Assembly: GCA_013178315.1 (NCBI GenBank)
Contig: JABLWX010000001.1
Span: 5,716 to 69,715 of the forward strand
DNA: 64,000 bases
Direction: 5' to 3'
DNA from: Candidatus Aminicenantes bacterium
Lineage (GTDB): Bacteria > Acidobacteriota > Aminicenantia > Aminicenantales > Saccharicenantaceae
The position numbers were made by a program, and so were the translations under genes. Every line of letters begins with the position of its first letter. Within the stretch, counting starts at the first letter, position 1. The notes under the pieces are model-generated. The model ran no database searches. It was not told the DNA's origin and saw only the letters and a list, made by a program, of their open reading frames with translations. Of this stretch, positions 44,719-54,415 are shown in pieces.

Positions 44719-45476
44719 CCACCATGAGCAAGATCAAGATTGTCGACCTGTACAAATCCTTCGAGAGCAAGCAGGTGCTGAAAGGACTCAACCTGGAAAT
44801 CGAGGCCGGGGAAACCATGGTCATCATCGGGCAGAGTGGCTCGGGTAAGAGCGTCCTGCTGAAACATATAATAGGCATCATGAGGCCGGACCGTGGACAG
44901 GTCTTCATCGATGGCCAGGAAATAAGCGCCCTGCCGGATGAAGAAATCATGAAGCTCAGCCGGAAATTCGGGATGCTGTTTCAGGGAGCGGCCCTGTTTG
45001 ATTCCATGACGGTAGCCGAGAACGTGGCCTTCGGGCTGAGGCGGCACACCCGGCTGTCAGAGGGCGAAGTCCAGCAGCTGGTCAGAACCAGCCTGGAACA
45101 GGTCGGCTTGAGAGGGGTTGAGCACCTGCTACCATACGAACTTTCAGGCGGCATGAAAAAAAGGGTGGGCCTGGCCCGGGCCATCGCCTACAGCCCGGAG
45201 ATAATCCTTTACGACGAGCCCACAACCGGGCTGGACCCGATTCGGGCCGATGCCATCAACTGCCTCATCCTGGAGCTCAAGGAGAAAATGAGAGTGACCT
45301 CGGTGGTAATCACCCATGATATGAATTCGACCTACAAGGTGGCCGACCGGATTGCCATGCTCTATGACGGGCAGATCATCGAGATAGGCACTCCGGAAGA
45401 AATCAGGCGTTCGACCAACCCGGTGGTCCAGCAGTTTATCAGCGGCCGGGCCGAAGGGCCCATTACCGAATGGTGA
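44715..45476 (+). CDS. mlaF: MlaF-family ABC ATPase
   Basis: GQSGSGKSV, LSGGMKKRVGLARAI and ILYDEPTTGLDP. Start is GTG 44715 (GTGA overlap) or ATG 44724. Confidence 0.9.
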   Translation: MTTMSKIKIVDLYKSFESKQVLKGLNLEIEAGETMVIIGQSGSGKSVLLKHIIGIMRPDRGQVFIDGQEISALPDEEIMKLSRKFGMLFQGAALFDSMTVAENVAFGLRRHTRLSEGEVQQLVRTSLEQVGLRGVEHLLPYELSGGMKKRVGLARAIAYSPEIILYDEPTTGLDPIRADAINCLILELKEKMRVTSVVITHDMNSTYKVADRIAMLYDGQIIEIGTPEEIRRSTNPVVQQFISGRAEGPITEW

Positions 45477-45486
45477 GGAGAACAAC

Positions 45487-46800
45487 ATGGTGATGAAAAG
45501 GGAAATGAAAGTCGGCATGTTCCTGTCGGGTTTTTTCCTGCTTCTGGCGCTGTTGATACTGTCAGTGGGCGATGTCCAGGAATTGTTCAAGAAACAGGGT
45601 TACCGGGTCTACGCCGTTTTTGATTCGGCCCTCGGCCTGGAGAAGAATGCCGCGGTCAAGATGGCCGGGATTAAAATCGGCCTGGTCAAGGGAATCAACC
45701 TGGACGGGCGCCGCGCCCGGGTGACCATGAGCATCTACCCGGAGTTCAGGATTCCGCGCGGGTCCAAGGCCACCCTGGCCTCCCTGGGAATTCTGGGGGA
45801 AAAGTACGTGGAGATTGTTCCCGGCCGGGAGAGCTCTTATTATGAACCGGAAGAGGTGATGGACTCCCTGCCACCCATCAGTTTTGACCAGCTGGGCACG
45901 CTGCTGATGTCACTGGGAGAGGACATCAAGAAAGTGGCTTCCTCGGTCAACAGTGTTCTGCAGAAAGACCTGGGACCGAACCTGAGAAAAACCCTGGAAA
46001 ACCTGGCTTCCCTGACCGGGGAATTTGACAGCCTGCTCAAGGAAAACCGATCTTCTCTGCATCAGGCCCTGGAAGATTCCGGTAAGACCTTCAGCACCAT
46101 CAACCAGCAGGTGGAGCAGGTTTCAAGCCGCCTTCAGGATACCCTGAGTGAAATCCGGGGACTGGTCCAGGACAACCGGCCCGGGGTGCAGGAGAGCCTG
46201 CGCAAGCTGGACGAAGCCCTGACCGGGCTGGGACAGGCGCTTGATTCGCTGAAGGTCCTGCTGGAAAAAATTGAAAAAGGAGAGGGCACCGCCGGGAAAC
46301 TGGTCCAGGAAACCGACCTTTACGATGATACCAGGGAAACCGTCAGCCAGATTAAAAGGATAACCTCTTCGGTCTCCGCCCTGGACTTCGGGGGAGGGGT
46401 GGAGGGCGCTTACTATGCGGACAGCGAGCTGTTCAAGGGTTCGATATTCGGCCAGTTGTGGTGGAAGGACCGGGCCCTGCTCTCGGCCGGGCTGGTCCAT
46501 GATCCCTGGGAAGACCGCTTTGTCTATTCCCTTCAGGCCGGCTGGAAGTGGAGAGGACTGGTGGCCCGAGGCGGGTTGATCGAATCCAGGTTCGGGGCCG
46601 GCCTCGACTGGTACCTCCTGAACAACCGCTTCGCCCTCAGTGCCGAAGCCTTTGACTTCAACCGCGACCCCAGGCCCCGGTTCAGGGTTTACGGCCGCAT
46701 CTTCCCGGTCAGGAATCTGTACCTGTTGGTGGGGCTGGATGATTTTTCCCTGGCCGAGCGCCGGGAAGTATTCTTCGGTTTGGGTCTGGAGCTGAGATGA
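45487..46800 (+). CDS. MCE/MlaD-family protein with long helical region and beta-rich C-terminal extension
   Basis: TM helix and MCE domain (VKMAGIKIGLVKGINL...), then about 170 aa of heptad-like helical sequence, then a G/aromatic-rich alternating C-terminus. Confidence 0.8.
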   Translation: MVMKREMKVGMFLSGFFLLLALLILSVGDVQELFKKQGYRVYAVFDSALGLEKNAAVKMAGIKIGLVKGINLDGRRARVTMSIYPEFRIPRGSKATLASLGILGEKYVEIVPGRESSYYEPEEVMDSLPPISFDQLGTLLMSLGEDIKKVASSVNSVLQKDLGPNLRKTLENLASLTGEFDSLLKENRSSLHQALEDSGKTFSTINQQVEQVSSRLQDTLSEIRGLVQDNRPGVQESLRKLDEALTGLGQALDSLKVLLEKIEKGEGTAGKLVQETDLYDDTRETVSQIKRITSSVSALDFGGGVEGAYYADSELFKGSIFGQLWWKDRALLSAGLVHDPWEDRFVYSLQAGWKWRGLVARGGLIESRFGAGLDWYLLNNRFALSAEAFDFNRDPRPRFRVYGRIFPVRNLYLLVGLDDFSLAERREVFFGLGLELR

Positions 46801-48152
46801 AAAAGGGAACAGTCTTTGTCTGCCAGAACTGCGGCTTCCATTCGCCGAAGTGGCTCGGCCGCTGCAGCCAGTGTGGCGAGTGGAATACCATGGTTGAGGA
46901 ACTGGAAGAGGAATTCGCCGGGGAGGTCCTGGAAAGCGGCGGGGAGCCGGTTCTTTACCAGGATATCAGGGAAACGACCAACCAGAGGATTCCGGTCGGT
47001 ATCGACCAGTTCAACAACGTGCTGGGCGGCGGCCTGGTGCTCGGCTCGGTGGTCCTGATCGGCGGAGAGCCGGGCATAGGCAAGTCGACCCTGCTCCTCC
47101 AGGTCTCAAGGGACCTGGCCTCTGAAGAAGGCCCGGTGCTTTACGTTTCCGGCGAAGAATCCCTGGAGCAGATCAAGCTGCGGGGCGACCGGCTGGGCCT
47201 AAACCGCGAGAAAGTCTACCTACTGGCCGAGACCGCCCTGGAAAAAATACTGAACGCGGCCGACCGGATGAAGCCGCGGGCCCTGGTCATAGATTCGGTC
47301 CAGACCATTTTTTCTTCGCAGCTGACCTCCAGCCCTGGCACCATCAGCCAGGTACGGGAGGTCACCAACCGGGTGTTCCGGCTGGCCAAGAGAAACCAGA
47401 TCCCGGTTTTCCTGATCGGACATATAACCAAGGAAGGTAGCCTGGCCGGGCCTAAGTCCCTGGAACACATGGTGGATGTGGTGCTGCTTTTTGAGGGCGA
47501 GCGTGACCACCAGCACCGGGTACTCCGGGTGCTGAAAAATCGCTTCGGGCCGGTCTCGGAGCTGGCCATTTTTGAGATGGGCCAGTCGGGTCTTAAACCC
47601 ATCGACAACCCCTCGGCCTTTTTCCTCAGGGAAAGACCGCAGAACGAGCCGGGCAGCGTGGTGATTTCAACCATCAAGGGCTCGAGGCCCCTGCTGGTGG
47701 AAATCCAGGCCCTGGTGTCTTCAACGCTTTTTTCGGGTAATCCCAGGCGGATGTCCATCGGGCTCGACCACTACCGGGTGTCCATGCTGCTGGCCCTGGT
47801 TGAAAAGAAAATCGGTTACAGCTTTGCCGGCGAAGACATATATCTTAACGTGGCCGGCGGGCTGGAGGTGGACGAGCCGGCGGCTGACCTGGGGGTGGTG
47901 CTGTCGGTCATATCCTCCATCAAGAATATTCCCCTGCCCCGGGAAATGGCCGTTTTCGGGGAGGTGGGCCTCAGCGGAGAAGTCCGCTCGGTCAGCCAGC
48001 CCCTGGCCCGGGTCAAGGAAGCCAGGTCTCTTGGCTTTGAGACGGTGCTGATGCCGGCCGGTAACCTTCCCCAGCTTCAGGGCGAAAATCTTAAAGGGAT
48101 CAGATGCCTCGGGGTGGACTCGGTTCGCCGGGCGCTGGCCCAGGTATTTTAA
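46797..48152 (+). CDS. radA: DNA repair protein RadA/Sms
   Basis: Zinc finger CQNCG....W.GRC..CGEWN, Walker A GEPGIGKSTLLLQ, KNRFG motif and Lon-like C-terminus. ATGA overlap with the MCE gene. Confidence 0.96.
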   Translation: MKKGTVFVCQNCGFHSPKWLGRCSQCGEWNTMVEELEEEFAGEVLESGGEPVLYQDIRETTNQRIPVGIDQFNNVLGGGLVLGSVVLIGGEPGIGKSTLLLQVSRDLASEEGPVLYVSGEESLEQIKLRGDRLGLNREKVYLLAETALEKILNAADRMKPRALVIDSVQTIFSSQLTSSPGTISQVREVTNRVFRLAKRNQIPVFLIGHITKEGSLAGPKSLEHMVDVVLLFEGERDHQHRVLRVLKNRFGPVSELAIFEMGQSGLKPIDNPSAFFLRERPQNEPGSVVISTIKGSRPLLVEIQALVSSTLFSGNPRRMSIGLDHYRVSMLLALVEKKIGYSFAGEDIYLNVAGGLEVDEPAADLGVVLSVISSIKNIPLPREMAVFGEVGLSGEVRSVSQPLARVKEARSLGFETVLMPAGNLPQLQGENLKGIRCLGVDSVRRALAQVF

Positions 48153-48202
48153 TTTCCCGACCAATTTTGTAAAATGATTCCAGACCTGAAGGAAGGATTA
48201 AT

Positions 48203-49192
48203 ATGGGACTAATATTATTCAGGTTAATCATAATTGCTCTGGTGGTAATTGCCGGCTATTTTTATCCCCCCTTTACCCTGACCCGGATGGCCGGGGCGGC
48301 CGTGGGGCTGTTGCTGGGAGTGCTGATCGTTCTCCTGGAAACCAGGGTGCGTAAGGCACAGTTCCGGATCATCTGGACGGCCTCCATCGGCACCCTGCTG
48401 GGCGTGCTGGCCGGCTGGCTTCTGGGTTCAATCTACCACACGGTCGTTCGAACTTCCGAGATGGCAGCCTTCATCCGCATCTTTTTCCTGATCGCCTTTC
48501 CCTACATCGGTTTCCTGGTTGGCATCAAAAAACCCGAGTGGCTGGAACCTGGCTTTTTTGCCAATTTTTTCCGCAGCCAGGGGACGGAAAAGACCTACAA
48601 GCTGCTGGATACCTCGGTCATCATCGACGGGCGGATTTCCGAGGTCTGCAGCACCGGCTTTGTCGAGGGACACCTGGTGGTGCCCCAGTTCGTGCTGAAG
48701 GAATTGCAGCTGGTGGCCGACTCACCCGACCCGCTCAAACGGCAGCGGGGCCGCCGCGGCCTGGAAGTCCTGGACCGGCTGCAAAAAATCTCCAGGGTCA
48801 AGGTGGTGATTTCCGACCTGGATTTTCCTGATATCAGGGACGTCGATTCCAAGCTGATAGAGTGTGCCAAGGCGCTCAAGGCCAAGATCATCACCAACGA
48901 CTTCAACCTCAACAAGGTGGCCAAGCTGCAGGGGATTGAAGTCCTCAATATTAACGAACTGGCCAACGCCCTCAGGCCGGTGGTCCTGCCCGGAGAGGCC
49001 ATGAGGGTCTTTATCCTTAAGGAAGGCAAGGAAAAAGACCAGGGAGTGGCCTACCTGGACGACGGCACCATGGTCGTGGTAGACAATGCCCGCAGGATGA
49101 TCGGGCAGACGGTGGACATCACGGTAACCTCGGTCCTTCAGACCACGGTGGGCAAGATGATTTTCGGCCGTTATAACGGAGAACTGCATTGA
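48203..49192 (+). CDS. yacL: membrane-anchored PIN + TRAM domain protein (YacL-like)
   Basis: Four N-terminal TM helices, a PIN domain ([12 protein letters not shown]...[10 protein letters not shown]) and a TRAM-like C-terminus. The radA-...-yacL-...-ispF neighbourhood matches Bacillus. Confidence 0.82.
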   Translation: MGLILFRLIIIALVVIAGYFYPPFTLTRMAGAAVGLLLGVLIVLLETRVRKAQFRIIWTASIGTLLGVLAGWLLGSIYHTVVRTSEMAAFIRIFFLIAFPYIGFLVGIKKPEWLEPGFFANFFRSQGTEKTYKLLDTSVIIDGRISEVCSTGFVEGHLVVPQFVLKELQLVADSPDPLKRQRGRRGLEVLDRLQKISRVKVVISDLDFPDIRDVDSKLIECAKALKAKIITNDFNLNKVAKLQGIEVLNINELANALRPVVLPGEAMRVFILKEGKEKDQGVAYLDDGTMVVVDNARRMIGQTVDITVTSVLQTTVGKMIFGRYNGELH

Positions 49193-49205
49193 CCGGGAGG
49201 CCGGT

Positions 49206-49688
49206 ATGAAGATCAAGGCCGGGCTGGGCTATGACCTGCACCGCCTGGTCCCCGGGCGAAAACTGATCATCGGCGGGGTTAGCCTGCCCTCCGAACTGGG
49301 CTGCCTGGCCCATTCCGACGGGGATGTCCTGATCCATTCCCTGATCGATGCCCTGCTGGGGGCGAGTGGCCGGGGAGACATCGGACAGTGGTTTCCCGAC
49401 AGCGACCCGGCCTACAGGGATATTTCCAGCCTGGAATTGCTGCGGCGGGTTATGGTTGAGATTCGGGCAGCCGACCTGACGGTTATCAACACCGACAGCG
49501 TGATTGTCCTGGAGAAGCCCAAGCTGGGGCCCTATTTCCAGGCCATGAGGGCCAACCTGGCCCCCCTTCTGGGAACAGAACCGGACCGCATCGGTCTCAA
49601 GGCCAAGACCGCCGAGGGGCTGGGAGAGGTTGGTTCGGGGAAGGCCGTGGCCTGCTGGACGGTCGCCCTGCTGGGATACCGGGGCTGA
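49206..49688 (+). CDS. ispF: 2-C-methyl-D-erythritol 2,4-cyclodiphosphate synthase
   Basis: GLGYDLHRL......GGV......GC.AHSDGDVLIHSLIDALLGA. Confidence 0.95.
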   Translation: MKIKAGLGYDLHRLVPGRKLIIGGVSLPSELGCLAHSDGDVLIHSLIDALLGASGRGDIGQWFPDSDPAYRDISSLELLRRVMVEIRAADLTVINTDSVIVLEKPKLGPYFQAMRANLAPLLGTEPDRIGLKAKTAEGLGEVGSGKAVACWTVALLGYRG

Positions 49689-49707
49689 TTATTTTGTCTT
49701 CCCGGCT

Positions 49708-49736
49708 TTGCCAAAGGCCCGGGATTCTGGTATAAT
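49708..49736 (+). promoter_or_regulatory. strong sigma-70-type promoter TTGCCA-N17-(TGg)TATAAT
   Basis: Extended -10 cTGGTATAAT at 49727-49736. Lies about 125 nt upstream of the GDH ATG. Confidence 0.5.
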
Positions 49737-49860
49737 TTGCCCTAATTTCAGGGGAGTTAAGTTTCTGAGCTTAATATAATAAAAGCAATCAAAAATATAT
49801 CCAGCAAGCCCGGAAATCCACTCTTCTGAAAAAATAAAAAATTCAGCGAAGGAGTATCAA

Positions 49861-52749
49861 ATGAAATCTCTGAAAGAGATTGCCAAGAAGACCTTTTTGA
49901 GCGAAAACCAGCTTAAGAAAATTGAAGAAATCATCCTCAAGGACAATTTCTTCGCACCTGAAACCGTGCGAGAAGAAATCGAGACCTTCTGCACCGACCT
50001 CGGGCTGAGCGAGCAATATTTTGAGTCCACCCCTCTGGTGACCATTGCCCGGCACATCGAAGCCCTCCGCTCGGCCGAAATCCTGGCCAGATTGCGGGGA
50101 GAACAGGAAGTTAGGATTGATTTTGCCACCGAGCTGGCCGACGAAGCCCTGTACCTGGTGGAAGACAACCATTACCGGGCCATCGAGATCGAAGAGAAAA
50201 TCGAGAAGAAGTATCCCGGCTTTCGCGTCCAGTCCTACCGCTCGGCCCGCAAACTGCGCGGGGCGGAGTACCTGCGCTGGTATGTGGTCTGCAAGCCGGA
50301 GTTTGTCGGCAAAGAAGTTTCTCCCGAGGAGACCGACCTGAAGAAGATTGCTGATAAGGAATTCCTGGCCTCCATCCCCAAGGAAACCCTGGCCCGCTAC
50401 CAGGAGTTGATGAATAAGGCCAAGGACCCGGAAAGGCCCTATATCGACGTGGCCCACGTGGCCAAGGACAAGACGCTGAGAATTTCCGTGGTCTGCAAGA
50501 GCGATTCCATCCCGCGGTTTTTCATCAATGTGTCCGACGTCATAAATTCTCACGGGCTGGTTTCCAAGCGCAAATACATGGAACATTTTGCCAACGGCAA
50601 GACCATCCTGACCTTCTACCTGGACGACATCACTGATGAAGAAAAGCTGCGGGACCTGGTCTCGGACATCAGCCTGATTTACGTCATTCCGGAAAGCCCG
50701 CTCTCTGCTCTATTCCGGGAAGGCAAATTGACCGCCCAGGAGATGCTGTTCGGCGCCTCGGCCTGGAGTTTCACCCATCAGTTCCTGAGCAGCTTCAATG
50801 AAGAGTATCTCAAGCTGTCCCAGGCCCTGAAGGATAATCCGGAGCTTTTGGGCTTGCTGCGCGAGATGAAGACCAGGCTGGCCAAGGAAACCTTTACCGA
50901 AGACCGGGTCTGGGATGCCCTGATCAATAATTATCTTATGGTTAAAAAGCTGTTCGAGCTTTTTGACCGGAAGTTCAACCCGGCCGTTAAAGACCACAAG
51001 GTCGATGACCAGCTGCAGGCCCTGGCCAAGGAGATTAACCGGGAGATTCCGGTGGAGGCCGACCGGACGGTATTGCTGACCGTCATCACCTTCATCAAGT
51101 CCATCCTGCGCACCAACTTTTACAAGAAAGAAAAAGTCTCCATCGCCTACATGTACAGCCCTGATTTCCTGAACAAGGTCGATTATCCGGTCACTCCGTT
51201 TGGCGTCTTTCATGTGATCGGCCGCGAGCTCCGCGGTTTCCATATCCGCTTCCGCGACATCGCCCGGGGCGGCATCCGGATTGTCCGCTCCATCAATTAC
51301 CAGACCTACCTGAACAACTCCGATTTCATCTTTGACGAAAACTATAACCTGGCCCTGACCCAGCAGAGAAAGAACAAGGACCTGGCCGAGGGCGGTTCCA
51401 AGGGCACCATCCTGCTGCGCTGGGGCTTCACCGACAAGATGTCCGTGGCCTTCAAAAAGTACATCGACGGCCTGCTGGACCTGATGATGCCCGACAATTC
51501 CATCGTTGATTATTACGGCAAGGAAGTCATCCTGTTCCTGGGCCCGGACGAGTGGACGGCCGACCTGATGGAATGGGCGGCCCAGAGAGCCAGGGTTCGT
51601 GGCTACAAGTTCTGGAAGGCCTTCACCACCGGCAAGCCCCTCAGCATGGGCGGCATTCCGCATGACCGATACGGCATGACCACCAACTCTGTCCACGAGT
51701 ACGTCCTGTGCGCCCTGAAGAAGCTCGGGCTCAAGGAAGAAAATATCACCAAGGTCATGACCGGCGGTCCCGACGGCGACCTGGGCTCCAACGAAATCCT
51801 GATCTCCAAAGATAAGATCCTGGCCATAATCGACGGCTCCGGCGTTCTGTATGACCCGGAAGGCATCAACCGCAAGGAGCTGGTCAGGCTGGCCAAGGCC
51901 CGGAAGATGGTTGAGAATTTCAACCGCTCCCTGCTTTCTCCCCAGGGCTTCATGGTCAACATCAAGGACCGCGACCTGGTCCTGCCGGATGGCGAGAAGG
52001 TGGAGAACGGGCTGGAGTTCCGCAACACCTTCCATCTGCACCCGAAGTTCAGGGCGGACATCTTCGTGCCCTGCGGCGGGCGCCCGGCCTCCATCAACAT
52101 CAACAACTGGAAATGCTGGCTGGACGCCGAGGGCAAGCCCCGGTTTAAGGTAATCGTGGAAGGAGCTAACCTCTTCCTGACCCAGGAAGCCCGCTTGCGC
52201 CTGGAGGAAAAGGGCGTCATTATTTACAAGGATGCCTCGGCCAACAAGGGCGGCGTGACCTCCTCCTCCCTGGAAGTTCTGGCCAGCCTGGCCATGACCG
52301 ACAAGGAATGGGACGAACTGATGTGCGTCAAGAACGGCGAGGAATCTCCCTTCCGCAAGCAGTACGTGAATGAAATCATCGATGTCATCCGGGAAAATGC
52401 CCGGCTGGAGTTTGAAATCATCTGGAAAGAGCACGAGAGAACCGGCATCCCCAGGGCCATCCTGACCGACCTGATCAGCGAAAAAATAAACCTGATCAAG
52501 GATGCCATCAACAATTCTGACCTGTTTAACGACCAGGCCCTGCTGGAGAAAGTCATCGAGGTCGGCGTGCCGAAGTCGCTGGTACGCCGGGTGGGCATCA
52601 ACCGCTTCCTGACCCGGGTGCCCCAGAATTACCTGCGGGCCCTGTTTGCCTCCCGCCTGGCCGGTCGCTACGTCTACCAGTTTGGTTTGCAGGCCAACGA
52701 GGTTGATTTCTACCGGTTCATCTCGGATTTCAAGAAAGCCAGCAAGTAG
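49861..52749 (+). CDS. large NAD-specific glutamate dehydrogenase (Bac_GDH-type, 962 aa)
   Basis: GDH catalytic and dinucleotide motifs sit in the central and C-terminal part (ARGGIRIVRS, AEGGSKGTILL, GGPDGDLGSNE, EGANLFLTQEAR, SANKGGVTSSSLEV). They follow an N-terminal extension of about 450 aa. Confidence 0.82.
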   Translation: MKSLKEIAKKTFLSENQLKKIEEIILKDNFFAPETVREEIETFCTDLGLSEQYFESTPLVTIARHIEALRSAEILARLRGEQEVRIDFATELADEALYLVEDNHYRAIEIEEKIEKKYPGFRVQSYRSARKLRGAEYLRWYVVCKPEFVGKEVSPEETDLKKIADKEFLASIPKETLARYQELMNKAKDPERPYIDVAHVAKDKTLRISVVCKSDSIPRFFINVSDVINSHGLVSKRKYMEHFANGKTILTFYLDDITDEEKLRDLVSDISLIYVIPESPLSALFREGKLTAQEMLFGASAWSFTHQFLSSFNEEYLKLSQALKDNPELLGLLREMKTRLAKETFTEDRVWDALINNYLMVKKLFELFDRKFNPAVKDHKVDDQLQALAKEINREIPVEADRTVLLTVITFIKSILRTNFYKKEKVSIAYMYSPDFLNKVDYPVTPFGVFHVIGRELRGFHIRFRDIARGGIRIVRSINYQTYLNNSDFIFDENYNLALTQQRKNKDLAEGGSKGTILLRWGFTDKMSVAFKKYIDGLLDLMMPDNSIVDYYGKEVILFLGPDEWTADLMEWAAQRARVRGYKFWKAFTTGKPLSMGGIPHDRYGMTTNSVHEYVLCALKKLGLKEENITKVMTGGPDGDLGSNEILISKDKILAIIDGSGVLYDPEGINRKELVRLAKARKMVENFNRSLLSPQGFMVNIKDRDLVLPDGEKVENGLEFRNTFHLHPKFRADIFVPCGGRPASININNWKCWLDAEGKPRFKVIVEGANLFLTQEARLRLEEKGVIIYKDASANKGGVTSSSLEVLASLAMTDKEWDELMCVKNGEESPFRKQYVNEIIDVIRENARLEFEIIWKEHERTGIPRAILTDLISEKINLIKDAINNSDLFNDQALLEKVIEVGVPKSLVRRVGINRFLTRVPQNYLRALFASRLAGRYVYQFGLQANEVDFYRFISDFKKASK

Positions 52750-52752
52750 GGA

Positions 52753-53514
52753 TTAACTTATTTCGCCCGTAATGTAGGCCCGGGTTCTGGAGTCCCGGGG
52801 CGAGACCAGGACTTCGGAAGCCGGGCCGAATTCTATTAGCTCGCCAAAATAGAGGAAAGCCACGTAATCAGCCAGCCTTTTGGCCTGTCGCAGGATGTGA
52901 GTCACCAGGACGATGGTGTAATTCTCCTTCAGGCTGAGCAGCTGGGTCTCCACGTTCCGGCTCGATTGCGGGTCGAGGGCCGAGGTGGGCTCATCGCCCA
53001 GGATAACCTCGGGTTCCACGGCCAGGCCCCGGGCCAGGCACAGCCGCTGCTGCTGCCCGATGGACAGCCGGGCCGCCGGTTCCTGAAGCCGGTTTTTAAC
53101 TTCATCCCAGAGCCCGGCCAGCCGCAGGTACTTTTCCACCAGGCCATCCAGAACTCGGCGGTCCCTGAGGCCGAGCAGCCTTGGACCGAAAGCCACGTTA
53201 TCGTATATCGACATCGGCAGGACCTGGGGCTTTTGAGAGAGCAGGCCCATCCTTTTTCTGATCAGGGTAATGTCCGCTCCGGGCTGGTAAATGTCCTGGC
53301 CATCCAGAAGAACCCGGCCTTCCACCCGGACTCCTTCCTGCTCATCCAGAAGACGGTTAAGGCTCTTGAGAAGGGTGGTCTTTCCGCAACCCGAAGGACC
53401 GATGATGACAGTTATCCTGTTGTCGGGCAGGGCAAGGCTGATATTTTTCAGCACCTGGTTCTGTCCGTAAAATACATTCAGGTTTTCTACCCGCAACCGG
53501 CTCGGCTGGTTCAT
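52753..53514 (-). CDS. pstB: phosphate ABC transporter ATP-binding protein
   Basis: GPSGCGKTTLLK, LSIGQQQRLCLARGLAV, and the PstB-typical FYFGELIEFG and TRAYITGE C-terminus. Confidence 0.95.
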   Translation of the reverse strand: MNQPSRLRVENLNVFYGQNQVLKNISLALPDNRITVIIGPSGCGKTTLLKSLNRLLDEQEGVRVEGRVLLDGQDIYQPGADITLIRKRMGLLSQKPQVLPMSIYDNVAFGPRLLGLRDRRVLDGLVEKYLRLAGLWDEVKNRLQEPAARLSIGQQQRLCLARGLAVEPEVILGDEPTSALDPQSSRNVETQLLSLKENYTIVLVTHILRQAKRLADYVAFLYFGELIEFGPASEVLVSPRDSRTRAYITGEIS

Positions 53515-53527
53515 TTGAGAACTCCGT

Positions 53528-54415
53528 TCATCGTATCTTATGGCGGCTCAGCCGTCGGCTGAGGCTTCTTGAAGCCAGGCTGATCAGCAATATCAGGATG
53601 GTCAGGATGGCAGCCGAGGCGAAAGCTCGCTGCTGAACTTCCGGGAAAGGAGAGTTCAGTTGAAAAAAGATGGCCAGGGGGAGGGTGGCCACCGGCTGGA
53701 GCAGGGAGGTGGTGATTTTATCGGTATAGCCGGCGGTGAACAGGACGGCGGCGGCATCACCCAGGCCCCGGCCCATGGCCATGAGCACGCCGGTCACCAG
53801 GCCGGGGAAAGTCTGGCGGAGGACCACCCGGGTGGCCGTCTGCCAGCGGCTGGCTCCCAGCGAATAGGTGGTCTCCTTGAGATCAGGGGGAACCAGCTTT
53901 ATGGTCTCGTCCAGGGCCCGGCTGAGAATCGGCAGCTCCACCATGGCCACCGTAATCAGTCCGGCCAGGAGCGAGGCCCTCAGATGAAAGGTTATCATGA
54001 CCAGAAAACCAAAGGCCCCGTAAACTATCGATGGGATTCCCCAGAGCACATCGAGAGAGAACCTGATCAACTCGGCCAGCCAGGATTTCCTCCGGAGATA
54101 GCTGTTTAAGAAGACCACGGCCGGCAGGGCGATGGCCAGGGCCAGGAGGGTGGCCCCGAACACGACCTGCAGCGAACCCAGGATAGCGTTTAAGATCCCA
54201 CCTTCCCGGCCCAGGTAATAACCGCTTCCGGGATTCCGGATTATCATCGAAAGTTTAAGAGCCGGCAGGCTTTTCCACAGAATTATGGCCAGGATTAAGA
54301 CCAGGCCCACCAGGACAAGTAAGGCTGAAGCGGCCATCAGCACCTTAAAGAATGACTCCACCCGCAGCCGTTTCCTGAGCGTCCCTGGATTCTGGCCTCC
54401 TGGTAGGTTATTCAT
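53528..54415 (-). CDS. pstA: phosphate ABC transporter permease PstA
   Basis: 295 aa, 6 TM helices, EAA-like loop (ETTYSLGASRWQT). Second permease after pstS. Confidence 0.92.
   Translation of the reverse strand: MNNLPGGQNPGTLRKRLRVESFFKVLMAASALLVLVGLVLILAIILWKSLPALKLSMIIRNPGSGYYLGREGGILNAILGSLQVVFGATLLALAIALPAVVFLNSYLRRKSWLAELIRFSLDVLWGIPSIVYGAFGFLVMITFHLRASLLAGLITVAMVELPILSRALDETIKLVPPDLKETTYSLGASRWQTATRVVLRQTFPGLVTGVLMAMGRGLGDAAAVLFTAGYTDKITTSLLQPVATLPLAIFFQLNSPFPEVQQRAFASAAILTILILLISLASRSLSRRLSRHKIR

Noticed and set aside
50710-52434. 574-aa minus-strand ORF antisense to the glutamate dehydrogenase gene
   Set aside because: Same artefact. The plus frame carries all GDH catalytic motifs, and the antisense product is G/V/D/L-rich with no recognisable features.
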